Positions 29,685 to 39,533 of a stretch of DNA of 58,294 bases are shown here, in pieces. The notes beneath the pieces were generated by a model. The model worked only from the letters and a program-made list of their open reading frames with translations. It made no database searches and was not told the origin of the DNA. Origin of the DNA: a virus (taxonomy: Duplodnaviria > Caudoviricetes); the IMG/VR virus record IMGVR_UViG_3300038379_000107, positions 1 to 58,294 of that record, one strand, 5' to 3'. How positions within the stretch are numbered: position 1 is the first letter of the stretch; each line of letters starts with the position of its first letter. A program made the translations under genes and the position numbers.

Positions 29685-30508
29685 GCCTGCCCAACGGTGA
29701 TAGCTCCGTTCAGGAGTCCGGTGCTAGTGGTGGAACAATAAACCATGACTGACAAACAGGAATCATCAAAGATTCTGGCCAGTGCCATCTGGTAGGCATC
29801 CTTGAGTTCCGAGACGTTGGCCTGACGGTTCACCCAGGTATTGATCCGGCGAACAATGGTGACCCCAAAGTCGCCAGCCGAACCCGTACTGGCCGAGAGT
29901 TGCAGGCTGTCCAGAGATTGACACCCGCGAGTTGTGGCTGGGTTGCCGCCGCCCGGAATGAACTGCACCATTTGGCCCACGGTTTCAGCGTTGGCTGGTT
30001 TGCTATAGGTCCAGGTTCGCCCTGTGTTGCCGTTGAGGTCGGTTCCTGTCAGCGTGAATACGCTGGCCGTCGCACCCGGAGCTGTGTAAAACTCGCCCCA
30101 GATTTCGATGGACTTGTCTGCTGGATTGCGCCCACTAGGCAACGTGCCGAACGTGTTGATATTCTGGGCTGAGGTCGAGTTGCACGCGAAACCCGAACAG
30201 TGCCAGAGCCGGTCCAGGAGCGTGGGCTGCCCGATCTGAGCCAGAGCCACTTCACTGTTCAAGCAGTGCAGCGTGTTGCCGTTGGTGGGATTCGTGTAAG
30301 GGATCGCACCGGTAGTTGCCTTGGTAGGGACGTAGCCGCTGCCCGAACTAAAGGCGGGCGGATTGCTGCCAGCCGGAGGATCGCCAGCCGCTTTCCAGAG
30401 AGACTGCCACGTTCCCGCGCCCTCTGAGGTCGATGATGCCTTATTGATCATCAGGTGTTGAGAGTTGGCGAAGGCGTTGATCAGGTCATCGGTGTTGAGG
30501 ATGGGCAC
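29681..30508 (-). CDS. tail appendage protein
   Basis: NKAS...AG.W.SLW..AG.P.AG, LLDRLWH and GDFGVTI.R family motifs. Confidence 0.65.
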   Translation of the reverse strand: MPILNTDDLINAFANSQHLMINKASSTSEGAGTWQSLWKAAGDPPAGSNPPAFSSGSGYVPTKATTGAIPYTNPTNGNTLHCLNSEVALAQIGQPTLLDRLWHCSGFACNSTSAQNINTFGTLPSGRNPADKSIEIWGEFYTAPGATASVFTLTGTDLNGNTGRTWTYSKPANAETVGQMVQFIPGGGNPATTRGCQSLDSLQLSASTGSAGDFGVTIVRRINTWVNRQANVSELKDAYQMALARIFDDSCLSVMVYCSTTSTGLLNGAITVGQA

Positions 30509-30634
30509 GGATTTTACCTCATTTAGTTCAATTCAAACAGGTGCAACCTTGTATGTCGGGGACCGCTTGATCGCCGACCAGGGCGGCCCGCTCTCCAGGT
30601 CCAGTTCCAGGACCAGAAGAGTTGTTGTCAATCG

Positions 30635-31063
30635 TTATGACAGGGTGAAAATCCCTGAACTATGAAATCCTACAGTTAGGGTATTTCCGTCCGTCGCTGT
30701 GACATCGGCAGGCGTGCTATCTAACAAGCAGTAGCACAGCACCCTCCCACCGCTTTCGTAGATAGCGGCGAACCGCGCCGTGATCGAGCCGCCAGACGCA
30801 GTCCACACCACATCCGCAGGATCATCCACCGTCACGGTAGTCGTGCCAGAAAGAGTCAGCGACCCGATGCTCACGCCACCTGTGGTGTAGCCGTTGGCAT
30901 TGGCATGCTCGTTGGTCACGCCTGCGTAAGTGGTTGTGCCTGCTCCGATGTTGGAGGTAGATAGAAACAACGCCACCAGAAAGGTGTCGGTATCAAGATC
31001 GTAAGTACCGTTGAGGAGGTCGGTACGGCCTACTGATGTGAAGGTCCAAGCGCCAGCCGCCAC
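30635..31063 (-). CDS. small tail protein
   Basis: DLDTDTF.VAL, NGYTTGG and WTASGGSITAR; AAGGAGGTG RBS. Confidence 0.75.
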   Translation of the reverse strand: MAAGAWTFTSVGRTDLLNGTYDLDTDTFLVALFLSTSNIGAGTTTYAGVTNEHANANGYTTGGVSIGSLTLSGTTTVTVDDPADVVWTASGGSITARFAAIYESGGRVLCYCLLDSTPADVTATDGNTLTVGFHSSGIFTLS

Positions 31064-31074
31064 AGATCACCTCC

Positions 31075-32232
31075 TTACGCTAAAACGTAATAGTCATCCC
31101 AGAGTCCTGGGAACCCGATAGCAGAGTTTCTAAAGCTGCCAGCGACCCCCACGCTGCCGCTGCTGTTGCTGGATGCCTTGGCAAGATAGAGCGCCTTCTG
31201 GTAATCCAGTTCATACATGGCTTGCAGCTTGGGGTTAATGCGCTGGAGTTTGCAAAACTCAAGCCTGGCACATTGAGAGACTACATCGTAGAGGATGGTG
31301 TTGTCAACATCGACCAGATCGCTGATCGTAAACGACACATCCTCCTGCGTTGTCGTCAGGGAAGCCTTGGTATCCAGGTGAGTCGCATCCAACACTTCGT
31401 CGATTACCGCTTCATCCACGGGAGGATAGGCTCCATCGTATCCTGTGGGAATGTTGGTACGGTCTGAGTAGGTTCGGATGACAGCGCCTTCATGGATGGA
31501 TGAGAAGGCCGTGTTCGTGCCGATTACCGAAGTCGAGCCGCTGTCTGTTTCCACTTGGCCGTTCTGGTAATCCCACACCAGGATGTCACGAGGATGGCGA
31601 ATGTAGCCCATCCTGATTCGCAGTTCCGTAGTAGGGTAGGGCCAGAGCGATAGCACCTTCTGGCCGGTGTTGAGCCGGTCCCTGGAGATAGTAAACCATC
31701 GCGGCCTGCCACCCGTGGTCATGTAGCGATAGCGGGCCTCGGTCTCAAAGAAGGCAGGTGGAATGTACTCGATCCAGTTGGACTGATCGACCTGGAGCTT
31801 GCCTACACGGTAGATGTTGTCGTTGGTGGGCAGGGTGAACTGGTACTGGTAAAGGGTGTACGATCCTGTGTAGTTGCTGCTGGGAGCATCGTCGGAATCC
31901 AGGACCACGCTGGTCCCGCTGTTACGAGTAACAATCCTGGCATGCTTGCCATCGACAATCAGCACACCCTGATTGGCCCAGGTCGGGTACGTTCCGCCCG
32001 CAAGGATGGCGGTACGGTTGCTGGCCGTGTAGGTGATCATTCCCGTGGTATAGGTTGCGTTGGTTGTCAGGTGCAGGTAGTCGTGGTAGTAGGGCCAGTT
32101 ATGGGAAGCAGATACGGTACGCAGGGCTTGGCGGATCGCTTGACGAATGTCGATGACGGTTTCAGGGCTCGCCCTGCCGCCTACCATGCGAATCAACCGC
32201 TCCTGGATGTCCTGCGCCGTAAGGTAGTACAC
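31075..32232 (-). CDS. head-tail adaptor (P22 gp4/T7 gp11-like) with inserted domains
   Basis: helical N- and C-termini, NWPY, GRPRWF and LWPYP motifs; position after the portal. Confidence 0.7.
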   Translation of the reverse strand: MYYLTAQDIQERLIRMVGGRASPETVIDIRQAIRQALRTVSASHNWPYYHDYLHLTTNATYTTGMITYTASNRTAILAGGTYPTWANQGVLIVDGKHARIVTRNSGTSVVLDSDDAPSSNYTGSYTLYQYQFTLPTNDNIYRVGKLQVDQSNWIEYIPPAFFETEARYRYMTTGGRPRWFTISRDRLNTGQKVLSLWPYPTTELRIRMGYIRHPRDILVWDYQNGQVETDSGSTSVIGTNTAFSSIHEGAVIRTYSDRTNIPTGYDGAYPPVDEAVIDEVLDATHLDTKASLTTTQEDVSFTISDLVDVDNTILYDVVSQCARLEFCKLQRINPKLQAMYELDYQKALYLAKASSNSSGSVGVAGSFRNSAIGFPGLWDDYYVLA

Positions 32233-32786
32233 TACCTGATCCTCCCGCCACGACCTTCTGCCCTGAGCTTGGACAGGACCGGCCTTTGCTGCTTGTACGT
32301 TGGCTTATGGATTCTCGGCTTCTTGAGGAGTTGCGCTTGGGGCGGCTTAGTCGGGTCCATCGGGATGCCGATCTTCATCACCCCGTCTTCCTTGGAAACG
32401 TGATACCCCTTGTGCTTACAGACAGACCGAACGTCTGACTCATCCCGTACCCAGGCATCAGGGTCGCCAGGATAAGCAGCCAGGCCGGAATTGTAGGTCT
32501 TGCCCGCTATGCTGGCCCCAGCAGCCTTGGCTGACCTCTGGAGCGAATCTATGTAGTCCGGGTCGCGGTCGGCCTGGGCCTGCAAGGCAGCCATCTGCTC
32601 ATTCCTGATCCGGTCATTGGACACGCAAAAGGGAGCCTGTTGAGGAGGAAGCCTCTGCGACTTGGGAACAAACTCCAGCCTCAGCCGACGGCGTTCCACA
32701 TCCTCGTGGGCATCGCCTTCATCCATGCCCGTGGCAACCAGACGTTCATATTCTTTTTGAGCCAACGGCTCAGAGAACTTGGTCAT
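32232..32786 (-). CDS. hypothetical protein
   Basis: GLAAYPGDPDAWV motif; ATGA-coupled to the portal. Confidence 0.65.
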   Translation of the reverse strand: MTKFSEPLAQKEYERLVATGMDEGDAHEDVERRRLRLEFVPKSQRLPPQQAPFCVSNDRIRNEQMAALQAQADRDPDYIDSLQRSAKAAGASIAGKTYNSGLAAYPGDPDAWVRDESDVRSVCKHKGYHVSKEDGVMKIGIPMDPTKPPQAQLLKKPRIHKPTYKQQRPVLSKLRAEGRGGRIR

Positions 32787-34849
32787 TTCCTGGCTTGCTC
32801 CTTGGCCTTTCTCTTATCCGCCTCCGCTTGTGCGGCGGCATCGGCTGCCGTGTCCTGAGCGTTGGGCGGCAGCATTTGCAGGGCGGGGAACATGAGCGGA
32901 GCCGGGTCCATCTGGCGGGCCTTGCACCAGGCCGCAATGACGGCGTTGAGTTGTGAAGGATCGCCCGTGGTCTGGTAGTATTGCATGAACGCCGGGAACA
33001 CGAACTGCATCGCCTGATTGATGTTGTCCAGATCGCTCTGGATGTCCAGCGGCCTGCCCTTGCCAGTTTCGACATTGAACGTGGACTCGCGGAAGAGTTC
33101 TCGAACGTCTTGAGTGCGAATGGACTGGTCCCAGGCCATCGCTCCGTACTGCCCCAGGATCGTCACCATGTCCTCGCCAGTAAGCAACCACCGGGAAGCA
33201 ATGGCCTGCTTGCGAGTAACGCGGGCCAGGAACGCCTGCATCTTGGCCGTCATGTCGTCAGGACGCAACCTGGAAGCGTTCTCGACCACCTGGGCTTCAT
33301 GAGCCGAACGCATCTGCTTATCAAACGTGGCTTGCAGCACGTCGGTCATGCCTGTAATTTGCTCGAACTTGCGCTCCATGAACAGATAGAGGTCGATTAA
33401 CCCGCCATCAAAGTCCGGCCCCTTGATGTACTCGATTAACTCCTTGATGGACTTGCCTTCGTGGCCACGATTGAACTTGAGGTATTCCTCATCCATTCCG
33501 TTCTGGAGCCACGACTCGAACTCGCTGGTCACGCTACTGTCGATAACCCACACGCCACGCGAGTCGCGGTAGGCTTTCTCGGCCATGAAACCCAAGACCC
33601 ACACCATGAAGTTCAAGTAGCCAATGGCAAACGACAAGTGGGCTACCGGCCAGGGAGAGTTCTTTCTCTCGTGGAACCACAAGGCGGTGAATGGCCACGG
33701 ATCATCCATGTCGTAGTAGCTGGGCCAGGGCCAACTGGTCGCCACCTGGAACGGCTGGATCGACTGTGACTGCATCGCCATTTGCTCGATGTACGGAGTC
33801 ATATTGAGCGGGTAGTCGCTCCCGTGAGAAACCACCAGGTACACATAATCGCCAAGAGTTTGGTCGATCTGCACCATCTCCTCAGTTCGCTCGTTAAACG
33901 ACTTGAGGCGCGTGCCCATTCCGCAACGGCTGAACACCTTCCAGTACTGGAACAGGTTGTTCCTGCGCGTATCGTGCGGCCTGCTATTCCAGGTGGAAGC
34001 CGACCCCGTGTGGCTGATCCGGTCGGCATGCAGCATGTCTTCCGTGATCCCATAGGGAGCGTACATATCGGCCACTTCATAGGCGGGATGCTCACACAAG
34101 ATGGCTACCCACTTGGCGTTCTTGAATCGTGTAGCATCGGGGTCGATGACCACATTGTCGTCACACAGGTAGTTGCTCGACACCAGCCTACCCGTGCCAT
34201 TGGGCAGGTTGATCAGTTCCGTGTTCAGGAACCCGGCTCCCCGTACCAGAGAATCCCGCAGGCATGTCCTGGATTCATCCTTGAGGGCACACTCCTTGAT
34301 CGAATAATTGATCATGGCGTCCAGGACGGCGGCCCGGAACGAACGCTGTGTATATTCCACGCTTGCCTGCTGCTCGATCATCATGTACTGCTGCTTGGCC
34401 ATCTCGTTCTGGACATAAGCAGCCATCGCCTGCGCGTTGCCCCTGGGCGGGACGGGCGTGGGTGTGTTGATGTCGCCCACGATGCCGAACATGGTAGGAG
34501 GCGGAATGAACGGCTTGTTAGCCTTGACCGTGGAAACGATCTCGCCGGAGAGCAGGAAGGGAGAAAAGATTTGCACCAGCTTGCCAGCCGCGTTGTCCCT
34601 GATCCGCCAGCGCGGATAGCGGCCTGCATTGCCGTCCGTGCCCGCCTGCAAAGAGGTGCGCTCTTCCGAGAACATGCCGATGTCTTTGGTGAACTGATCG
34701 GTATAGATGTCAGTCTGATCGCCAACGTAGTAGCGTTCGCACATATCCGCTTCACGCAGATAGTCAGCCCGTTTGACTTCCAAGGCTTTCTCGATCACCT
34801 TGAGCCAAACCTGGTTGATCTCAGACTGGTAACGACTAGCTGGTGGCAA
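32783..34849 (-). CDS. portal protein
   Basis: 688 aa downstream of TerL; DSLVRGAGF, VIDPDA and ITGM.D..Q...SA.EA pattern. Confidence 0.85.
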   Translation of the reverse strand: MPPASRYQSEINQVWLKVIEKALEVKRADYLREADMCERYYVGDQTDIYTDQFTKDIGMFSEERTSLQAGTDGNAGRYPRWRIRDNAAGKLVQIFSPFLLSGEIVSTVKANKPFIPPPTMFGIVGDINTPTPVPPRGNAQAMAAYVQNEMAKQQYMMIEQQASVEYTQRSFRAAVLDAMINYSIKECALKDESRTCLRDSLVRGAGFLNTELINLPNGTGRLVSSNYLCDDNVVIDPDATRFKNAKWVAILCEHPAYEVADMYAPYGITEDMLHADRISHTGSASTWNSRPHDTRRNNLFQYWKVFSRCGMGTRLKSFNERTEEMVQIDQTLGDYVYLVVSHGSDYPLNMTPYIEQMAMQSQSIQPFQVATSWPWPSYYDMDDPWPFTALWFHERKNSPWPVAHLSFAIGYLNFMVWVLGFMAEKAYRDSRGVWVIDSSVTSEFESWLQNGMDEEYLKFNRGHEGKSIKELIEYIKGPDFDGGLIDLYLFMERKFEQITGMTDVLQATFDKQMRSAHEAQVVENASRLRPDDMTAKMQAFLARVTRKQAIASRWLLTGEDMVTILGQYGAMAWDQSIRTQDVRELFRESTFNVETGKGRPLDIQSDLDNINQAMQFVFPAFMQYYQTTGDPSQLNAVIAAWCKARQMDPAPLMFPALQMLPPNAQDTAADAAAQAEADKRKAKEQARK

Positions 34850-35348
34850 GCGTTAGTTCCTTGTCGGATTCCATTCGAGCATTACGTCGGGCTGGCGCAG
34901 GATGGGACGAGGCGGCAGCGTTCAGTTTGGAGATCATGGCCGTCTGGGACCGGCACGTCTCTTCAACTACCTTGAGTTGCGCCTCCAATACCGAAAGCCT
35001 GCCCATCAAAGCCTCGATCATCCCGGCATATTCCAGCACAGAAATCTTGCTGACCAGTTCCCAGCCTACGTCGTCGTACTGGGTGCTGTGAATGAACTTG
35101 GGGTCAGTGACGTGAACGGCATTCTCCACGACGACGTTGGTCATGCCGCGCTGGAGAATCTGGATTGTCAGTCTGCGGTCCACCGGATCACCCGGTCTCC
35201 AGTTGATCCGCTGGGGCGGCATCACTACGCCCACTTCCCAGACGTTCCTGTTCCTGCGCTTGACCAGAACCATCTGGCCAGCCGACACGGCAGGCGTGCC
35301 GGTGAACTCCTCGTGCAAGCGCGTCAATTCCATTGGGTCACTGATCAT
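34836..35348 (-). CDS. hypothetical protein with coiled coil
   Basis: start MISDP overlaps the TerL stop (ATGA). Confidence 0.6.
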   Translation of the reverse strand: MISDPMELTRLHEEFTGTPAVSAGQMVLVKRRNRNVWEVGVVMPPQRINWRPGDPVDRRLTIQILQRGMTNVVVENAVHVTDPKFIHSTQYDDVGWELVSKISVLEYAGMIEALMGRLSVLEAQLKVVEETCRSQTAMISKLNAAASSHPAPARRNARMESDKELTLATS

Positions 35349-37147
35349 GAGATTATCTTTCTCCGCATAAGTTGAGGATACATCTGCTCGTACATCCACA
35401 GCCTGGGATTGCGGTCGATCTTGCGCAACTCCTGGGCTGAGTAAGTCTGGCTGTTCGTCTTGTTGGTTCTCCCCGGAGGAGTGAGCCACTTGAACTCGCG
35501 GCAGCAGGCGTAGCGGACGCAATCCATGAGATCATTCTTCTTTCTCCTGATCTCATCGGTCGGCTTGCCGTCCTCGCCGCGCTTCTTCTGATAGTAGCGA
35601 AACTCCCAGAGCGTGTCGGGAACTTTACCCCGCATGCACACGAATTTGGGTGGACCCGAACGCGGCTCAAGATGCTGCTTGACGCGCTCGATCCCTGAGT
35701 TGAGATTGTCTTCCCCGTGAATGAACCTGTCAATACGAGGTTCGACTCCGGCTTCCTTGAGGGCGTTCCAGTAATGCTCGGCAATGGTGTAGCCGTCTTC
35801 CTGCCGGATGCGGCCACGGTGGTTGTCGAAGGTGATGTCCTCGACCCAGTGCTGAAGCTTCTCCAGCTTCTCCTTGACCGCCCTGGCCATCTTGAACGCC
35901 GTGCAGTTGTAGATCAGAATCTCGTCGAAGGCGATGAGGCGATCAGGACATTCGGGCAGGTAGTGCGGACTGCTCTCAGCAAGGACAGCAACGAACAAGG
36001 CAGCCGCCCTGGTGTTGCCGGGGTCCAGAATCATGTAGACCGCATCGTCCCAGGTAATGTCGAATGGGTCGATGACGTGCTTGTGGTGGTCAAACTCCGG
36101 GTAGATCAGGAACTTGGTGAACGCCGACTGCCCATGCACCTTGGCAACAGCCGCTTCAGGATCGTCTTCTTCGATCTTTTCGGCGGCAGCCTCGAATGCC
36201 TGCTGGTCGATGAAGGGATTGTTCTTGGACTGCAACTCGTAGAAGCTGGTCTGATTGATCGGGTCTCGATCCTTCATGCCCGGCTTGTTAGCCCGCGCCT
36301 GGAGGTTGTAGAAGGTGGGCGTAGCGTTCTCAGGCGTGGCCGACCAGAAGACGCGCCCACGCCGGGACACGACGCGCATGCGCATTTCCGAAAGCCACGT
36401 CTTGGCCCGTTCATGTTCCTCGTCCATCCACACCAGATCGAACGACACGCCGCGCGGAGGGTCGGAACGGAACGAGTAGAAGTAGATGTTGGTTCCATTG
36501 ACCAAGCTGACCATGTTGGGAATTTCTTCCTTGGCGTTATCCCAACCTACGTTCTTGACCATGCGCGGCGGAATGAGTGGCTGAGCATCCTGCCACTTGA
36601 GAATGTTGGCGACATCGTCTGGATTGTCGTAACGGGGAACGCGCCACAGACCGGGAGCGTAGTTGTAGACCTTGAACGTCTTGCCATGTCTGAAGAGGAT
36701 GTAATAGAGTAGGCGCAGGTGGGCTTCGTTTGGGCCGACAACCGCGATCTCCAGTTCCCTGGGCTTGTACTTGCCATCGACAATATGACGACCTGTAGCG
36801 GCCATCGCCACTTCCGCCCCGGCAGCTACCGACTTCCCGGCACGGTTGGGGCCGACGAGCCCCACCTCATGGGACATGCACTGATGGAAGGTGGACGCAT
36901 CGGGAGTGGGGACGTAGACCGACAGGGCTTCGCCGTTGCGAACGTTGAGTTCGTTGAGAATGAGTTCTAACTGGTAGGTGTGATCGAGCGACCAGCCATT
37001 GCATATCTCGATACCGGATCGGCGCGTGTTGATCTCACGCTCGATCTCGTGTATCGTTTCCTGGGCAAAATCGTTCTGGCCAAAGATGGCGGCAAAACGC
37101 TGTTGCTCAGCCTTGAGTTGGGCCTTGGAGCCCCGTGGCCGTCCCAT
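35345..37147 (-). CDS. terL: terminase large subunit
   Basis: Walker A GPNRAGKS, Walker B LVWMDEE, SATP, nuclease ILDPG and NDLMDCVRY. Confidence 0.92.
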   Translation of the reverse strand: MGRPRGSKAQLKAEQQRFAAIFGQNDFAQETIHEIEREINTRRSGIEICNGWSLDHTYQLELILNELNVRNGEALSVYVPTPDASTFHQCMSHEVGLVGPNRAGKSVAAGAEVAMAATGRHIVDGKYKPRELEIAVVGPNEAHLRLLYYILFRHGKTFKVYNYAPGLWRVPRYDNPDDVANILKWQDAQPLIPPRMVKNVGWDNAKEEIPNMVSLVNGTNIYFYSFRSDPPRGVSFDLVWMDEEHERAKTWLSEMRMRVVSRRGRVFWSATPENATPTFYNLQARANKPGMKDRDPINQTSFYELQSKNNPFIDQQAFEAAAEKIEEDDPEAAVAKVHGQSAFTKFLIYPEFDHHKHVIDPFDITWDDAVYMILDPGNTRAAALFVAVLAESSPHYLPECPDRLIAFDEILIYNCTAFKMARAVKEKLEKLQHWVEDITFDNHRGRIRQEDGYTIAEHYWNALKEAGVEPRIDRFIHGEDNLNSGIERVKQHLEPRSGPPKFVCMRGKVPDTLWEFRYYQKKRGEDGKPTDEIRRKKNDLMDCVRYACCREFKWLTPPGRTNKTNSQTYSAQELRKIDRNPRLWMYEQMYPQLMRRKIIS

Positions 37148-37472
37148 CGGGAGTTTTCTTATCTGGCCACGGCAGCTTACCTCCGTGGTCGCCCATCAGT
37201 CTTAGAGCAAACTCCCTTAATTCTTCCGTACTCATCTTCTTGGTTTCATTGGGGTCTTTGAGGCTCGTGGCCTTGGCAATGATCTCTGTGGCATTGATCA
37301 CGATCTGCCGCTTCACGTTGGGAGAAGCATCCTCGTCGGTAAAGACATCATACCACTTATCCACCAAGCCGTTGACCCCGCCAAACTTCCGTACCAGCGC
37401 AGCAGAAATCTCCAGGAGACCTCCCTCTCCCAGATACGACGAAATACCCAGCGTTGGCTCATTGTTTTGCAT
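37107..37472 (-). CDS. putative terminase small subunit
   Basis: small helical ORF immediately upstream of TerL; KMSTEEL tail. Confidence 0.5.
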   Translation of the reverse strand: MQNNEPTLGISSYLGEGGLLEISAALVRKFGGVNGLVDKWYDVFTDEDASPNVKRQIVINATEIIAKATSLKDPNETKKMSTEELREFALRLMGDHGGKLPWPDKKTPDGTATGLQGPTQG

Positions 37473-37475
37473 GAA

Positions 37476-37997
37476 TCATGTCCACATGAAATCCATGATG
37501 TCGATCATGGACTTGCAGTTGGCCTTGAGTTCATCCTGAAGCATCCTCTCATTCTCGTTGGCTGCATCCTTGAGTTTTTTGCCAATTGCTTCATGTTCTG
37601 GATAGTCCCACTTAAAAATGAGCTTCGACAAGGGCTCGCTACTGCAATGCTGATTCATGAAATTGTGCCATTCATCATACACATGATCTACTGTTGGAAC
37701 GTATCGCTCATTCCACCACCGATAAAGTCGGCGCATCTCCTTCATGGCATCTCTGTGCTTGTCGTCAGCGTCCCAATCAATATGCCCAGGAGAACATTCC
37801 TCTTCAAGGAACCTGCGCAAGATTTCAAACATGACATGAGGCAACAGGTCGCCTCTATCTGTCCAAGTATTCCACGGCATAGTCCGTGGCTTGACGGTTG
37901 TGTACCGATGCCAAAAGAAGCACTTGAGCCGATACCATATCTGGTGCGGCCTCCAGTCGTAAGGCACAATCTTCCAATAGAGTTCTTTGATGCTCAT
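37476..37997 (-). CDS. conserved phage hypothetical protein
   Basis: W.D....H..FEIL..F.EEE and LY.WW...MWT. Confidence 0.7.
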   Translation of the reverse strand: MSIKELYWKIVPYDWRPHQIWYRLKCFFWHRYTTVKPRTMPWNTWTDRGDLLPHVMFEILRRFLEEECSPGHIDWDADDKHRDAMKEMRRLYRWWNERYVPTVDHVYDEWHNFMNQHCSSEPLSKLIFKWDYPEHEAIGKKLKDAANENERMLQDELKANCKSMIDIMDFMWT

Positions 37998-38191
37998 TGT
38001 TTTGCATACAACCTTTCAGCAGTAAAGATGCGCTTGCGGCCTGCCCGTTTCTTGGGACCAAGCAACTGCTTCTGGTCTACCTCTTCCCAAGTCGTCTCTC
38101 CGCGCTGGATGGACTTGTAGACGCGAGCATAGCACTTGAAGCAGCAGCCGCGCACCTTAGCCTTTTTATAGTGACAAGCCTGACATCTCAT
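37994..38191 (-). CDS. small zinc-finger protein
   Basis: CQAC...RGCCFKCY; ATGA coupling. Confidence 0.6.
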   Translation of the reverse strand: MRCQACHYKKAKVRGCCFKCYARVYKSIQRGETTWEEVDQKQLLGPKKRAGRKRIFTAERLYAKQ

Positions 38192-38700
38192 AAGAGTCTC
38201 ACTGTTAAATACGGTTCCCTGGGAATCTCTACCACGCCGGGAACCTTGAATCCTCTGGCGAACGCTTCGTCGATCAATTTGGTCATGGGTTTCCAGGTCA
38301 AGACGCTTTCCCTGTAGTCGGAAGGAAGGTTCATGACATCAGGGACAGACAATCTGGTTCCTGTTGGCTTAGCCAGCGTAGCTGTGCCCAGAGTGGAGCC
38401 AAACTTGTCCATGCCACTGGATTCCATCAAGGCCCGCATCAGGCTGCGGAAGTAATCGACCTGGGCTTCTTTCCTTTTGGCTTTGGCTGCGAAATGGGCC
38501 TGCTCCAGCTTGTAAGCAGCAGCTTCCCTCTCAGACTTCCGTATGAGATAGAGTAAAGACGAGAGGCAGTCTTGCGTGCTGGCTTCGAGCCTTTTGAGTT
38601 CCGCTTCAAAGGCTTCGCTGATCTCGCCATCACTTTCCTCCAGTAGATTGCCCAGATACTCCCACAACTTGGCCTGGCTTTGTATTTGCTCCTTCATCAT
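38188..38700 (-). CDS. Siphovirus Gp157-family protein
   Basis: coiled coil, LPSDY, VPGV...YLTVR C-terminus; near ERF. Confidence 0.8.
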   Translation of the reverse strand: MMKEQIQSQAKLWEYLGNLLEESDGEISEAFEAELKRLEASTQDCLSSLLYLIRKSEREAAAYKLEQAHFAAKAKRKEAQVDYFRSLMRALMESSGMDKFGSTLGTATLAKPTGTRLSVPDVMNLPSDYRESVLTWKPMTKLIDEAFARGFKVPGVVEIPREPYLTVRLL

Positions 38701-39103
38701 TACTCCCTTGGATGGTTTTTACCAAATCTGTTATCTGTTGTACCACATTTTCCAGGGTCTTGCAATCCCCGTTCTGGAACCGGGTCATGGCATAGAGGCA
38801 TTCCGCTTTCTGCTTGAGGGCGAAGTAGCGTGGACCATGCTCGATAGAGGCAGCGGACAGTTTGGCAGCAAAGTCGGCAAAGGCTACAGGGATGGATGCC
38901 TTACCCTGGATGGGCACACCACGGCCCCCCAGGAACGCACAGATCGTCTCGTGGGCTACATTGTCATTCTCCCTGATGTCCCAGAGGAACTGGCGAACCA
39001 AAGCATCTGGAACCCCTTCCGGGTCTACCCTGGCCAGAACCGACCTTCCCTCTCTGGTCAGGCCCAGGCCCATCAGCATCCCTACCAGTTCGGAAGTCCA
39101 CAT
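38630..39103 (-). CDS. hypothetical protein
   Basis: 157-aa ORF within the replication operon. Confidence 0.55.
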   Translation of the reverse strand: MWTSELVGMLMGLGLTREGRSVLARVDPEGVPDALVRQFLWDIRENDNVAHETICAFLGGRGVPIQGKASIPVAFADFAAKLSAASIEHGPRYFALKQKAECLYAMTRFQNGDCKTLENVVQQITDLVKTIQGSNDEGANTKPGQVVGVSGQSTGGK

Positions 39104-39104
39104 G

Positions 39105-39411
39105 CTAATCCCTTATGTGTTCAATGGCTTCGGTTCCATTTGGCTTACCCCACTTTCTGGCCCGGTTGATCAGCAACTTCTCGTGGATAGCTGTTACCAA
39201 CTCTTCGTAAGCAAACCCGGCCCGGCGAGTAGCGTCAAAAACCAGGAACACCATGTCCGCATATTCCATAATGTCATTCGGCTTGTCCATAGCCTCTTGG
39301 ACTTCCTTTAGCCAAGTGCTTGAGCGGCTCCTGCGGGCCGCGCTCAACGTCCAGACCAAACGTAGCCTGCGACCAAGTGGATAACTCGTGCCAAAACCTT
39401 TCTAGTGTCAT
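39105..39411 (-). pseudogene. DUF550-type dATP/dGTP pyrophosphohydrolase, +1 frameshift
   Basis: WSQATFG..RGP..PLKHLA/KEVQEA...EYAD...DATRRAG...EKLLINRARKW; extra base near 39307. Confidence 0.8.
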
Positions 39412-39533
39412 GGGCTCTCCAAAAGAAAAGATGCCACGCTGCCAGACAAAATACCTCGGCGTGGCCCAGAGGTTAGGGATGCTTACTGCCACTCGAATTA
39501 TCGCCAGCAGATAGCAGCAAGCCCATAGCTGGC

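Noticed and set aside
33782-36712. Long + strand ORFs (397 and 331 aa; likewise 52405 and 53684)
   Set aside because: They are antisense to portal, TerL, capsid and scaffold, as expected from GC-rich codon bias.
39105-39411. Z-base (2-aminoadenine) pathway suggested by DUF550
   Set aside because: No PurZ, DatZ or DNA polymerase was recognised in the window.
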